DNA of 64,000 bases, taken from NCBI GenBank assembly GCA_002633005.1, contig NMRA01000168.1:499129-563128 (forward strand). Reading direction: 5' to 3'. Positions 49,246-62,075 of the stretch are shown here, one piece after another; the first letter of the stretch is position 1, and each line of letters begins with the position of its first letter. Below the pieces are notes generated by a model that searched no databases, was not told where the DNA came from, and worked only from the letters and a program-made list of their open reading frames with translations. The position numbers and the translations under genes are program-made. This stretch comes from Phoronis australis. Taxonomy: Eukaryota > Animalia > Phoronida.

Positions 49246-52200
49246 GTGAGTTATGCCAATTCGAGGAGGCCTGCGTGCTAGTGTATATAATGAATTGCTC
49301 TACCATCTCGTGTAGCGATGTTTCATTCCACGCATTCCACGTGTGTGCCACCAGGTTTTTCACTTTTGGCTAAAGTTTGCTCCTTCTCGCCGAACACAAA
49401 ATACTTTCATGTAGTGCCAACGTTGCCTTCCTTCCTCGTAAAATCACAGTCACATTTGGGCCTACACACAATAACAATGAATGAAGTCAATTGTTTGCTC
49501 ACCAAACATTTTCTGTTTGTCCAGGTTCCCACCAGGAAACAGACTAATTAGCGGGATTTGCATTAACTATTTTCTAAGAGGTCTGTATTTTCGACCTTAT
49601 TCCTGATTATCTCGTTATCAGTCATCATACTTTAAAGCACTGAATGAATCATTTAGCCCAATTACGTTTATAAAATTTGTCTCAACTGCTCTGTATTCAA
49701 AACAGGTGTGAACTTGGAAAGAACTGGAATTATTTTTGACTTCAAACAGAGCTTATTGACTTTCAGGTCACGACTTAATGTTTTACGAACTTGGTCTGAA
49801 TAATGAGAGTTTCTCTCGATTCCAAAGGTCACTTCGAGACCGCGTAAGGAGAAAAACTAGGCTCACATGTAGAAGGTCAAGCCGCTTAAATCCAAACTCG
49901 TTTATTACAAAAGGCTCAGGCTTACTCCCCCTTCAGTTTTTCGGGATTCATCTTATATTAAATCACATATTTCGCTAGGCACCCATCATCCATTTTCTGC
50001 CTACACACTCTCTGTCGCATTAGAAAATTCAACATTTGAATGAAACTATAATAAGTGAATAAGTGAAATTTAAAATGGAATAGATTTACTGCAAGTGATT
50101 GTTAAACGTTGGCAAAACGGTCTGCGATCAAGGAAACAAACTTTTCCTTTAGAACACTGTGAAACCGATAAGGTGTTCCACATTCAAATGAAATTTTGAT
50201 TTCTTGCGACTATGCCCGCAGTTTCGAGTCAACATAATGCAATAACAACGTGTTAGTTCTTCCTTAGACATGAAACCAATTTCCCCATTTGGTAACACAT
50301 CTTGCAATGTTTGCTCACACATGGAAAGTTTGATATCACCTGTAATCAGAGTAAAGAACACGTTGAACTATGTTTTTATGGGTAAGTTTCCTAAATCAAA
50401 AGTTTGATCTTTCGTGATTGACGGGTTTATAAAAAAGATAAATAATTATAGTAAAACTGAATCTGGAATTTGTTTACTTGAGTTAGCGACGTTGCGTCCG
50501 TCTCCCACGGACATTAGCTTGGCTATAGTGATGTTATTATTATTCTGGCTAATAGGTGGCGTTTTAACCAGACGGTGTGGCATTGAGGTCGGAACGCAAT
50601 CCCATTAGTATGACAGATGTAACCTTAACCCACCTCGTTTATTCAAATAGAGACTCTTGATGCGTTTATGGGGGTCTGTAGTAGCTAAACCCGGACTTTG
50701 ACTGCAAACGCGACTCAACACTTTCAAAAACCTTTGATACAAAATATTTCTTTGTAGACCTTCTCTGATCCTTAATAACTGATCTAACATTGATAACTCC
50801 TTACAAAATATATTTAGTCGGCACGCGTGACTAACGCTTCGAGCATTTTAATGAACTACCATGCGAGAAGCCTCGCCTCTCTACTTTCAAAATCCATAAA
50901 GTGAGGACAGAGTTTTAGACGAATAACGATTTCACATTGACTGTAAAGAAACAGACTCACGTTGCCTTAAGAAACGTAATGTTAATGGAATGATAATATT
51001 TTAGGCACAAGTACACTTATCCAGTGGTAATGAAGGCCAGATCGAGGCGTGGACTTGCACACCTGATGGAGTTACTTAGCTTCAAACTGGAGCTTCCTGG
51101 CATTGATTGGGTGAAAACCATTGGCTCTTCAGCAATCGGGGCGAGTTTTGGAATAATAATTCGCAACAAGATGGAATTAGAACTAAGTAAGTGAATTTCG
51201 GAGGGAATAGGAAGGCAATCGTTCCCATTGTCCCTTTTGGTTATAATACGATTTTGGCTCATACTAGATGCATTTTCAAGTAAACGAAATTGTGATGCTT
51301 GGAGTGACGTTTGCGGCCTGAATCATTCCCCGACAGTATTGTTTGCATGCACTCTGTACCACGATACAATATTGGTCATTTTCCGTACGACGTTATGACA
51401 TAATACCGAAATCAAATTCGCCCCCAAATTAAACGTTCTTCTTTTTTAACGGAATTTCAATTGTCTTAAATCATACAGGCGTATGCATTGAAGATTAAAT
51501 ATCTTCCCTGCCTTTTGATCATTCACCAGTAATTTCACTGTACGCCGAAATCAAACAATCAATACACGAATTTTAAACTATTTAAACATACTGAAGCTCC
51601 TTGTCATTATTCAAACTCGGGAGAAACCCGTTTCCACGCAACGCACATTTCAACCAATCCTATTAATGGCATAACTTGAAAGTCAGAACGATTGAACATT
51701 TTCACGGCATCCTGCTTTCACTGCACTAAATCTCAGAGCGAAGTTTGGCGTAGACCTTAAAGCGAAATGTTGCACGTTAATGTCAAACGAACGCGCTATG
51801 AAACTTATGGATGGTTGCTGTCAGACGATAGTCTGTGTGATTTTGTTTAAAAGGTAGCTATGCTTTGAAGTTGTGCGTAGATGGAGAGTGAATAATCAAA
51901 TCCAGTAATTAATTTACTATATGATAACCCCTAATTAGACAAATGAAACCTATTGTTAATTAAGTAATCAACTACAAAGAGAAACTACGCTAGCGCCCTC
52001 TTTAAAGATTACTTTTAATCAAACAACCAAACGATCAAATGTCTTATCTGCTATCCAAGCTAGGACTCTCCACTTGTTGGATGTCTGTCCTGTTGGTGAA
52101 TCTTCGAACTACACACACTGTATAGCGACAGTGTACTTGCTGGTCACCGTCTCTGGTCATGCAACACTTGCAGGCAATTTCTTCTTCCCGCGACTCTTCT

Positions 52201-55200
52201 TGCTGGTCACAGTCTCTGGCTGATGACGCAACACTTCAGGTAGTATCTTACTACCCACAATGCAAGTGACAAGCTCTTAGTTAACTTCCGGTTCGTTAAC
52301 CCTTGCCCTTGCCAAGATCCTTTCTAGAATCTTCCACGAGATGGCTCTGTCGTACAACTGCTTCTGTACACTGTAGCAAGTCTTTATGCTTCAACTACTT
52401 TAGCGCATCTGATTATCTTGCTGATTTCAGCCCATAATATAACATTTTACTTATTTAGTGATTGGCTAATGAAAACCACATGATCATATCCACTCATATT
52501 ATTGGCTGTTACAATTTGTTCTCAGAATATTCTAGAATCTCTAGAGTACTTTGACCCCAGAACCCAAAGCTGTAAACACCATCTAAAAATAGATTTTGAC
52601 GTTAAAATACATGTCAACGAGTCTGACCCCATGATTTAAAAGTACATATGCACAAATTTTGGGCAACTTAAATGGATCTATTCTTACTTAATCAATATTT
52701 ATTCTGACAGTTGCCCAAAGACCACTTCGCCAGCGTAAGCCATTTTCATGGCGCCAAACAGCAAAAGGTCCCGTTTTGATAAAACGGGACCGTTATTTTA
52801 ATTTTGAAACAAGTAAAACTTCTGCTGTGGGCAGCATATTAGAAAGCCACTCAAATAAACACTTTTGTGTTTTATTTGGTAGGTGTTAAGTGCACATTTG
52901 AAGAATTGTTTTTTTTCAGAACCGCTCTCGGGGTTTTTCGAAATTGACATATTCAACACTGCGTTTGTGATTGGAGAAATTGGTTACGTCGACAAACAAG
53001 TTGAATTTTTTAAGGCGCTGGCGTGCTATCAAGGATTTATAAGATACGACCTAAATGTCCTTAAGGTATGTTAACATGGTTATTTTTTCAAATTGTTTGC
53101 GTCATATGCGTTTTGTAACTGTTGGTAACGTAAGCCATGTTTTAGTTTGAAATACATCACAAAGCAGAAGTAATTAGCTCATTGATATACCAACACATAT
53201 CTTTTTTCGAACAACATTAACTACAGGTACATTAACTGAACTAAAAATTTATTGCAGGACTTTGGAATAAACGACATATCTGACCTTGCCAAATTGTTTG
53301 ACAAAATGATTGGTTCTATTCGCGACCCCATAGAAGATGCTGTCACTGCATTCAATAAAATTATCACGCTGTTCAAAGGTACGTTTTTATCGCGTTTTTA
53401 ACCAGGTAATGCGAAAAAGCCCTTCCTTTGATAGTCACTTGAATTACCTTTGGTAGACTTTAAAATAAGTCCTTCAAGTTTAGAACATAGCAATATTTTC
53501 ATCAACAAAACGACATCGCAAAAATACATGAACATGTGGGAACAGTTTATTCACAAATGAAAGTACATGAAGATGTTGGCACACGTTTAGCAAAGCTCGT
53601 TTATGAATGGCAGCCGTTATATTTCCCTTACTTGGCAAAGTTGAACATATTTTGATTATTATATAGATATTTTGAGAATTTCAAATGTTATAATTGGTGA
53701 CGCACACAGATGAACAGAATCACAGAAGTTCTTCCCAGACAACACCGAAACAGTTGTAAGAGCTTTTTTAATAAACAGGGTTTCTTACGGGAATGTATTT
53801 TTCTTAACTTTACTTTCTCAAAGATCTGCGCTGCCAGTGACCCTCAACTTCTGATAACGACTTACTCGCCAGTTTAGACATACAACAACTTTGGGTAACG
53901 TTCACCGTGGAAATTTCATACGTTAAGAATTTGGCGTTTGGGAAATCTTTTTTTATAGTACAAAATATAAGTTGTACTTGCAGCAAAAAATTAAGTCCCT
54001 GAAAGATTGTGATCCGCCATCTTGTGTTCCTTCTTTGTTGTTTCAAGTTCTGTTTTGTTTTTCATAGTTATGCTGACAAGCTAAAAAATTCCAGGATCAT
54101 ATCATAACACTGGATATAGAATACGCGTTTGAAACACTATTTTAGTTAAAGTTTCAAATCAATCGAAAATAAGCATGAATGTCAACCTATTTCTGGAAGA
54201 CTGGAGAAGAATGCAAAGCTAACTGAGCAAGCTCGGTGTGTCTGGAAATGTCCAACTTCTCTTGTGTGAGAGTTCAACGCTTGATTTCGTCCCCAGTTGA
54301 ATATTTTTGAGAGGTAACTCCTCCAATGTACTTTGGAACCTCCCTTCTTTCCTTAATATAAACTCAGGAGTTCAGCCCTTGGTTTTTTTCCATAAAAGGC
54401 ACGCTACACAGCTCGCGTAGGCCATTTTCACGGCACCAAACAACAATGCAGGTGATGCTGCCGAATTGATTTCAGTTACTTTGACTGAAATTATGTCTTA
54501 ACAATTTATTGTAAAACCACATAAAGCATGTTTTTTTTGCTATCTCGACTCACGAAAACGTTTCAGTCAATTGAAGTTGACCAACCTCAATATTGGTTAT
54601 TCGAAAATTGCGCACAAATTCATTGACTGTGCGTTGGTAGTGTAAAAAGAATCGTATCACGGTTAGAAATGTTATGGGACCGACTTTAATAAAGTAAACG
54701 GCCTAATTTGTCGCTTGTTTTTTAACCAGCTAAACAGGAAAAATGTAGCATCAAGCATCCTTTTGCTTCTCAGCTGGAACAAATTCCGAACTCTAAATGA
54801 ATAGCAAGAAACTCGACTTCTCCAATTGCAGGGAAAGGTCTCAAAGGAATTATTAAAGATTTCGTTACAATCATCCAGGAATTACCCAAACGACTAAAAC
54901 ATTTGGTTGAGAACATCATCAAATTTGCCAAAAAGGTCAGCGATTACGGACGATTGCCATGGGTTAAGGCAATCAAAAAAGTCATCTACAGAATTAAGCA
55001 CTTCATTGAGGACGTCAAAGGAGATATAATGGATTTTTACAACGTAGGTATAATTATGAAGCCTTGCCGTTTCGTGACAATTGTAGGTCATAGTTGCGAC
55101 ATGGTAGTACGCTTATTGTGGGGAACATTGACACCCTAAGAGTAGGCCTACGGCTACGAGGTGCGCACTTAAAAGGGATCAAGAGTTAGAGTAAGGGCTA

Positions 55201-58200
55201 TTGCAAACACACACACGGAAGCGTGTGTTGGCCAGACGCATCTTCACAATATGAACGCTTGTACCTTCAGGACTACAGTGTCTCGCTGTATGGAACAGTA
55301 ACACATTGGGATTCAGCATTGTTTCTTAACTTTTCACCGCATTTTTGGACCAACTGTCCTTTTTATGCTTTTTTATTCCTAAATGAAGTTTTGGATTTGG
55401 CATACGCTGAAGGTAAACTGCATGTTGAATTTTCAAACTCTGACTGAAAATGAATAACGATCGGTCCATGAAACGCCTTGATATAAGAACTGAGTATCTA
55501 ATTATTGTATGTGAAACAAGGGCCCAATCTAATTTATACTGTTATACATTGTCAATTGCCGAAGAGGAGTTCACAATGAAAATAAAACATTGAAAAATTT
55601 AACATTTGTATTTAAACAATCGCAAAAAATACGCAAAAAATTTAGGGACATTAGATGCGTCCCTAGTTGTGTCTTTTTAATGGAACAAGGAACTGAACAC
55701 CCAACTTAGTTCAAATAAGAAAATCTAAAGGTGTATTCCATTCTCGTTTGTGTTGTTTAAAAATCGAATGGTATGTAGTTTAGTTTATCAGTTTAAAAAG
55801 AGCTACTTTATGTTTGGTGTATGTTTTATTTCTGTCCGCATCTCTGTTCTCCAAACCGATTGAAGAATTACGATGCCAGGTCAAGAATGTGTTTTTTATT
55901 GCGGAGAGCATAGCCGACTTGCTTCTCGTAGTTGGTATTGTATTTGGGCTGTAGGCACTGCTTTGTAACGCATCTAGATCTGTCTTTAATTCTTGTTCAC
56001 CTTGAATCATGGAGACGTTGTAACGTCTACGAAACAGGAGCTGAATTAACATTGTCAACAAAACGAGCGTTTTTACATTTCCTTTTTGTTTTTATTTTTC
56101 CATTTTAGAGCATTGTAGATGCAATTACAGTCACTCTACCGTATGTGGGAAGGCGTATCATCGATGCAATCAAAATGATAGTGCACGCCGTAAGAACATT
56201 GATGAAGAATCCGATGCAGTCAATATCTTCGATAATGGATGCAGTCATGAAGTGAGTACTCATGGATATTTGAATTGATGCGCACTGACAGTGAATGGAA
56301 ATCTAAGTTGGTCCTTAAAATCTTTAGTGGGATTTCAAGAGAAGGGCTAGTACGAAATAATCAAGTTTTCTATTATGCAGCGCAACTAAGTAAACTCCTC
56401 GTGGCTTGGATTTTGAAATTGGTAGTCGATAAGTGAACATATGCCATCATGGTATTTCTTCTTAGATGTTTACACAGTGCTACAGGTGAAACATTTATTG
56501 GAACATCGTTACTTATTTAGGCACGTTTTCACGTGACTAGGTCACCTAAATGAGGCAATACATGAATAGTGTTTTGTTTTCGGAGCATTATTGTTTAGCA
56601 CCGGAAAGTTAATCTATACCTCTTTCGAATCGTGCTACTTGCGGTGACAATTCACACTAAAATGTTAACCGAAGACGTCTAAATAGGAATGCTTTTCTTG
56701 CAAACATTGGTAATTTTTTCAGAGATTGTAGTTACTCCAGATAAATAATAGGAAACAAGTATTCCATGGTCTCTGATTTAGTCATGAAAGAAGGTAGTTT
56801 TAATGACACCAACTTAGACTCATATTTATTTGTCTCTTTTTTACCCATATTAGCGCAAACCTGTATATTTAGTACACAGCTTTGTGCTAAGGCTAGGGCA
56901 GCCTTTGGTATGCGATGACCATCCCTTTAGAAGACATCTTTGTCAAAGCATTGAACAACCAGGAGCCATACAAAAAGGGATGGCGAACCTTTTCCAGCAC
57001 TGTGGAAAACATTAAAAAACAGGAACGGCTGATACAATGATAAAATACAATGCAAACTCTTCACAATATGGCACAGCAATATGCGATAGGCACTCGAGGT
57101 CCCAATAGCACGTCACTTGCATATCAGCCAATCAGCGAAGTCAGCATTTCAGTCCTTTGATAATAAAAATGAATGAGCTTTTGTTTAGTGCTCAACTTGG
57201 GCAAATTTGAGATTTATTTGTATATTAGCACATGTTAACTGCTGCTTTATTTTACGACAGTCCCCTTTTAAATTTCAAGAAAGTGATATGATTAATTTGA
57301 TGTTAGTTTTTGACTCCAGTTTTGTCTTAAGTTGTGAAGTTACTGGATATATAGAAATTTCCAAGTTTGGAGGTGGAGACCAATCTTAGACATAAGTCAA
57401 AAATATCCAAGAGTTAGTTTCTTGGAACGGTCCCCAGAAGGTGTTTTTACTATATGTAACTACAATACGAGATAGGCACCGCTGCTTTAGTAAATGTGTC
57501 TTAGATCGTAATCTGACCTTGAACTTAGGCAAGCGTAATTCACTTGAGACCTTATTTCTTCGACCGCTTCATTAAAATGAATCATTTCAGCATCAAGATG
57601 GCCATATCCATGGTTATAGGTGCCAAACAAAAAATTGAAGAAAACTGCTTCTTTTTGTGGGGTATGTATAGAAAGAGTAGAATCGAACGCAAAATCGATA
57701 TTTGCTTAGGTGTGTCAGTCAATTCGTAGTGAAACTGAAAACTCTGGAGTTGAACTCATCAGGCTGGAGTTCAGTAGCTGTAAACTAGAAAAAATCTAGG
57801 AAACCACCTGCTCTCATTTAAAATACACGGCAACACCTCGCGTAATCTCGCGATGTCCTGCCTTTTTAGCGAGGTGCTAGCAACGTCCTAACGTTACTGA
57901 AATCTACCCTGGCTTCACTAACGTAAGAGAATTTAATTACAAACGTGAACATTGCCCCACAGAATTCGTCTGTGTCCCCATTTAATATAATAACCCTAAA
58001 TTCAAGAGTAAACAGTCATACATACTATATAAATGATATAGTTGCTTGAACATGAGTTATGTTTGGAGTCGTTTGCATCGATGTCCCATTAAACATACTT
58101 CATTGGAAATCAGCTGTGTTGCTTAATGTAAACTCGCATTTATATGTTAAAAGATGAGAAGAGACCCGTGAGTTATTCCTCAGACCTTATTGGATGCTAA

Positions 58201-61200
58201 TAGTTAGACCCACCAAATCGTTATTTTGAACAATGCCTTTCGACAAATGCAGGCTTTTTTATTATAGACTTGAACATTTTTTGACTTTTTCTTATTTAAA
58301 AGTTGTGTCTTCAGCAACGTATGTGTATTTGTAACTTCAGGGGAGTTGCCGTACTGGATGAACCCTGGGGCGGAACTTAAATATCTCGTGGAAGACATAA
58401 AAGACGCCATTGCGGAGGTTGGGAAGTTTTTGAAGCGCTTGGCAGTAAATAGAAACAGAAACAGAACTCCAGTAAACTTGCGAATTGGTCCCGAAGACGG
58501 AATACTTTCACAGGTATAGTCTGTCCAAAGTGTACTTTGGAAGCAGTTAACTATTTTGGTTTATTGTCTGAGGCGAATATTTGCATTATAATCTGTAGTA
58601 GCAAGCTAGAATACTTATCTCTATACAATGTGCTATTTTGAGCATAATCACCAATAAAGAGCGAGAACCTTTTGATATATGGAGCTCCCTATGACAGCAG
58701 CAAACGAGACAGAAAATCTGGGTGGTATCAAGAAAACTCATACATGTATTTAGTGTTTGTAAGGAATTTTCTCCCTCAACATGTTTCACTTTCCAAGTAA
58801 AATGTTCTATAATTTGTACGTTAATCGTATGATAAAGGATCAATTTAAATGGAATACTAAAAACGGTGCACGAAGACAAATTTATGCTTTGTCATTGGCG
58901 GCCACATTAATCGATGTTATCGATATTAATACAACCCGAATCATTCAAATTTAATAATTGTGTTTCAGGAAGAGCAAGAACGTAAAATTGCAGAGGAGTT
59001 TGTTAAAATGCTACGAGATACACTTAGTCCATTGAACGAAATGCTACAATTAGCCAGGCCTTTCATGGACGCGTACAATTCGGTCTTCGACACCATTCGA
59101 GGCGTAAAAAAAGCGTACCTTCAACTGACTTCGGTGTAAGTATTGCATATCTCACTCTGTTCATGTTGAAACTGTTGCCAAGCAATTCTACACATTGGCA
59201 GCGGTGAGGTCTTGTGATTAAACACCACAATAACACCACTTTGGTCTGGTTGGGGTCTCGCTGTTGTGGCGAGTAACAGTTGCCCAGTGTGGGTAAGGTT
59301 TCATTTGAATTCTGTTTTTGACTGGATTTTCTCACAAAGACAACGAGTTGAAAAGCAAACTAACCTACAAACTATAGATGCAACAACCTGTCTGAAAAGA
59401 GGTGTACTTCCTGAGGCTGCTTAGTATTGCAGCCCTATAAAATGGTGTCATTATCATTGCACTATGCTACGATGAACTTGCCTATTTTATTAAATTCGTT
59501 GTCAACATTCGTGTTCTAGGGTTCAGAAAAGCAGGGCATTGGTTCAAAAAATCTTCGGCCCGAAGTTTCACATCGACTTTCCAACTTACCGTGTGGATTG
59601 CGAGGAAAGCGCCTGCGCGTGCGGCACATTTCCATCAGTGGTAAATGGCAACTTTCCAAAAGGAGTTGATGTTCGAGCCAATAAACATGCCAAGGTGAGA
59701 TGGATGGAAAGATTTAGTCAGACTGTAACGCGGCTATGCACTCGCGTTCGGTCAAAGAAATTAAGTTTACATTGAGACCACTTACTGCTGCAAAGTTGAT
59801 CTCAGAGAAGAGAGTGCTTCTGGGCTTAGGAAACAATAATGACATCGCTGTTGCCTGAATCCATGCTCAGTGTAGAAAGTAATCCGCCGTGACCATCTTA
59901 ATTATATAGCCTAGTCTCAAGCAACAACAACGTCAGTTCTGTTCAAGCCCTTTCGAACACCTCTATTCTAACTGAGGAAACATTGAGACCAACTTCATTA
60001 AGCTTAAATAAATGATTCCATTAAAAAATTGGAGTTTTTCACGGAAGTCGGCTTGAAGCCATTTGTAAAGAAGCCGAAACCTATTTACCGACATGTCTGT
60101 GATTATACTTAAGCTCATAAGAAGAAATGAAAATTTTGGCTTACCGACAATCAAAATGTAATGAAAAGGTGTTGTGTCAGGTGCTTATTACGGACTCGGA
60201 GAGAACAGTATCGCTTTGAATTTATGTTTGTATAAATCTGCTTGAAGTGTTTTTCTGTGAAATATTTTTTGGAGATGTTGTAAAAATTAATGACATATTG
60301 GATGATTAAGTATAGTTATCATTCTTGAAACGACAGTTAAAGAAACCCACGTTATGAGATCTACTTTTAATGGTGAGAGGTATGACCGTGTTGAATTGTG
60401 GTTGACCTTATGGAGGTCACCTTTTGCTACACTTACTTGCATTGTTGTCTTATAAATTTCGTGTTTTTCTGTTCAACAACTCAATTTTGTCCTGTGCAAC
60501 GTTTTCTGAATACTTGTGAGCTTGAATTAATGCTTCGAACATGGCAGCATGGAACAAATTAATTTCAGGTTGTGAATCCTACCACTGGGCTGGTAAAGAA
60601 ACGAAACAACAACGAAGTTCTTATCATACCAAGCGAAGGTGACTTTTTTGAGTACGAAATCGTGATTTCCAATATCGAGCCATCGGGTAAAGTAACAAGT
60701 GAAGGAAAAGTGTTCCAGGCTGGCGAAAAGATTGGAAAGGTTGCTAAATCGCAGTGTAAGCCGTCATTTATTCACGTCGCGGTTAGAAAGAAAGCAGAAG
60801 CCGATGAGGAGTTTTCAAACGATGACGACTATTCGTACATTGATCCTCTGCCGTTTCTTGAGAGAGCCTTTCCAGTACCGCGATGGATAGAAGATTGCAA
60901 AGAATTCTCCCTGGTGTACATTGGACAGACTGCTGACGCTGGCGAAATCGGGGATGACGTACAAGAAACTATAGACGATGTTAAACGTAAATATGAAGAT
61001 CGCATGGAGAATCCCGAGTTTGAGCTCTCTGAACCTGATCCCGATTTGACCTATAGGCCTCCAGGAATGGCAGAAGGATCATCCAAGTCGCTGCAGCAAA
61101 GTTTCCAAGGCGCCCTCGATAAGTTTAAAGATGTTAAATCTCTGTTCAGTGTAAATAGGTAAGGTTGAGGGAATTCTTGCATGCCGAAATTTGATGGTTT

Positions 61201-62075
61201 GAGACATTCTTTAGTAATTTATTTTAAAAACTAGAGTGAGATCGAATTGGAAGAACATAGGAAAAAGAAATTTATGGGAAAAACCTAAGCATGGTCAAAA
61301 CAGATACATGTAGACAAGGCATAATTTGTATTATCAGCTAAACGCTGCGTTTGGCATTGTGTTTCTGGATAAAAAGGAACTTAGAATTAGCCTGTTCATT
61401 ACTCCTATGAAATCAGTCTCATAATGTTCCTTTCCGCGGTACGGTTGAATATCTATTACAATTAGCAACATCAAAAATATAAGGGACTCAATAAAAAAGA
61501 AAAAGTTTTAGACTTAATTAGGGTTGGCCAAACATAATATTTAGAATTGGAAAAGGGCGTATATGTACATTGTTTTCGACTTGATTGATAACGGAACTAG
61601 TATTCTGTCATGACAATTATGAAGGCGATTACATGCGAGTATAGTCTTCATTCGATTTTCGTTTTTTGCCAGCTTAACACAGCGGAATGCAGAATGTTAT
61701 GGTACACAAACTTGGACACTTATTTTCCTGGAAAGCACAAACGTTTATTCTTTCTAGGTGTAATTTAAGACAGCTAATTTCAGTTGACCGATGTGTATTT
61801 CAGCGGCGCTCCAAACATTCTGGATAAACTGAATGTCAACGAATTTTCCATGCGACGTATTCTCGATATTCTTGTAAAGGCAGCCGAAGCTGACATAAAA
61901 GCAAGATTGGACGACATAATTAATAAATTTTCGACGTATTTACGCGCACAGCCAGTACAGCATCCAATCACGTTTAGTCCAAACGAACTTCGGAGCATGC
62001 TGAGGCGAAAAAATATCGAACCAAGAGGATCTTTGGAACAGATGGCGCTTCAGTATATCAGATATCCTGCTGGAG
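30042..62075 (+). CDS. Gene R: multi-exon secreted large-lipid-transfer (Vitellogenin_N)-domain protein with helical region, LECT2/M23-like domain and SAP-like motif; no stop found, probably continues past the window
   Basis: 26 phase-consistent GT-AG exons with no stops: 30042-30197 (MGSIVAPSFFLLTFLFGQITG signal peptide), 30666-30756, 31139-31175, 31555-31675, 34963-35118, 37272-37363, 38327-38373, 40475-40529, 41132-41195, 41307-41391, 47012-47295, 47635-47689, 48148-48288, 48741-48964, 49115-49245, 51005-51186, 52920-53065, 53258-53378, 54832-55043, 56109-56251, 57591-57661, 58341-58513, 58969-59135, 59520-59694, 60569-61158, 61804-62075. Confidence 0.88.
36239..37130. mobile_element. Non-autonomous DNA transposon with hAT-like termini and a 5-bp TSD
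   Basis: CAGTGGCGGATCTAG ... CTAAATCCGCCTATG termini; TGCTA at both 36234-36238 and 37131-37135; second copy at 46048-46973. Confidence 0.8.
38395..38670. repeat. Degenerate (ATC/GTC)n low-complexity tract
   Basis: Decayed CATCGT/CATCAT runs. Confidence 0.6.
41682..41870. repeat. Degenerate (ATT/GTT)n microsatellite
   Basis: Direct reading of the sequence. Confidence 0.9.
46048..46973. mobile_element. Second copy of the 36239-37130 element; left end cut off at the N at 46047
   Basis: Shares long blocks with the first copy (GCGCACAGCACCGAATGGGGG, TATGGTCCACAGCGTTTGCGCGCGAAACCTACTTCTTTTTGTAATG, GGAGTCGTAGTGCGCAGCGCCACTGCCGGTCGCCTGG) and ends CTAAATCCGTCTATG. Confidence 0.85.
51819..52709. 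mobile_element. Solo LTR (Gypsy/BEL type), 891 bp
   Basis: TGTCAGA...TCTGACA termini; 5-bp TSD GTTGC at 51814-51818 and 52710-52714; internal short direct repeat CTTGCTGGTCAC(C/A)GTCTCTGG; no coding remnant. Confidence 0.75.
59520..61158 (+). CDS. Gene R exons (59520-59694, 60569-61158): LECT2-like / peptidase M23-like domain with an incomplete zinc site
   Basis: C....CACGTFPS....FPKGVDV.......VVNPTTGLV...AGEKIGKV.......SFIHVAVR...IDPLPFL is colinear with LECT2/M23 CD..GCGQY...HQGVDI....VYAPFTG...KGEKLG...SHVHIE...DPTAYL. Confidence 0.75.

Noticed and set aside
30042-62075. Calling gene R vitellogenin, MTP or apoB
   Set aside because: Only the N-terminal LLT module matches; the downstream architecture differs, so no symbol is given.
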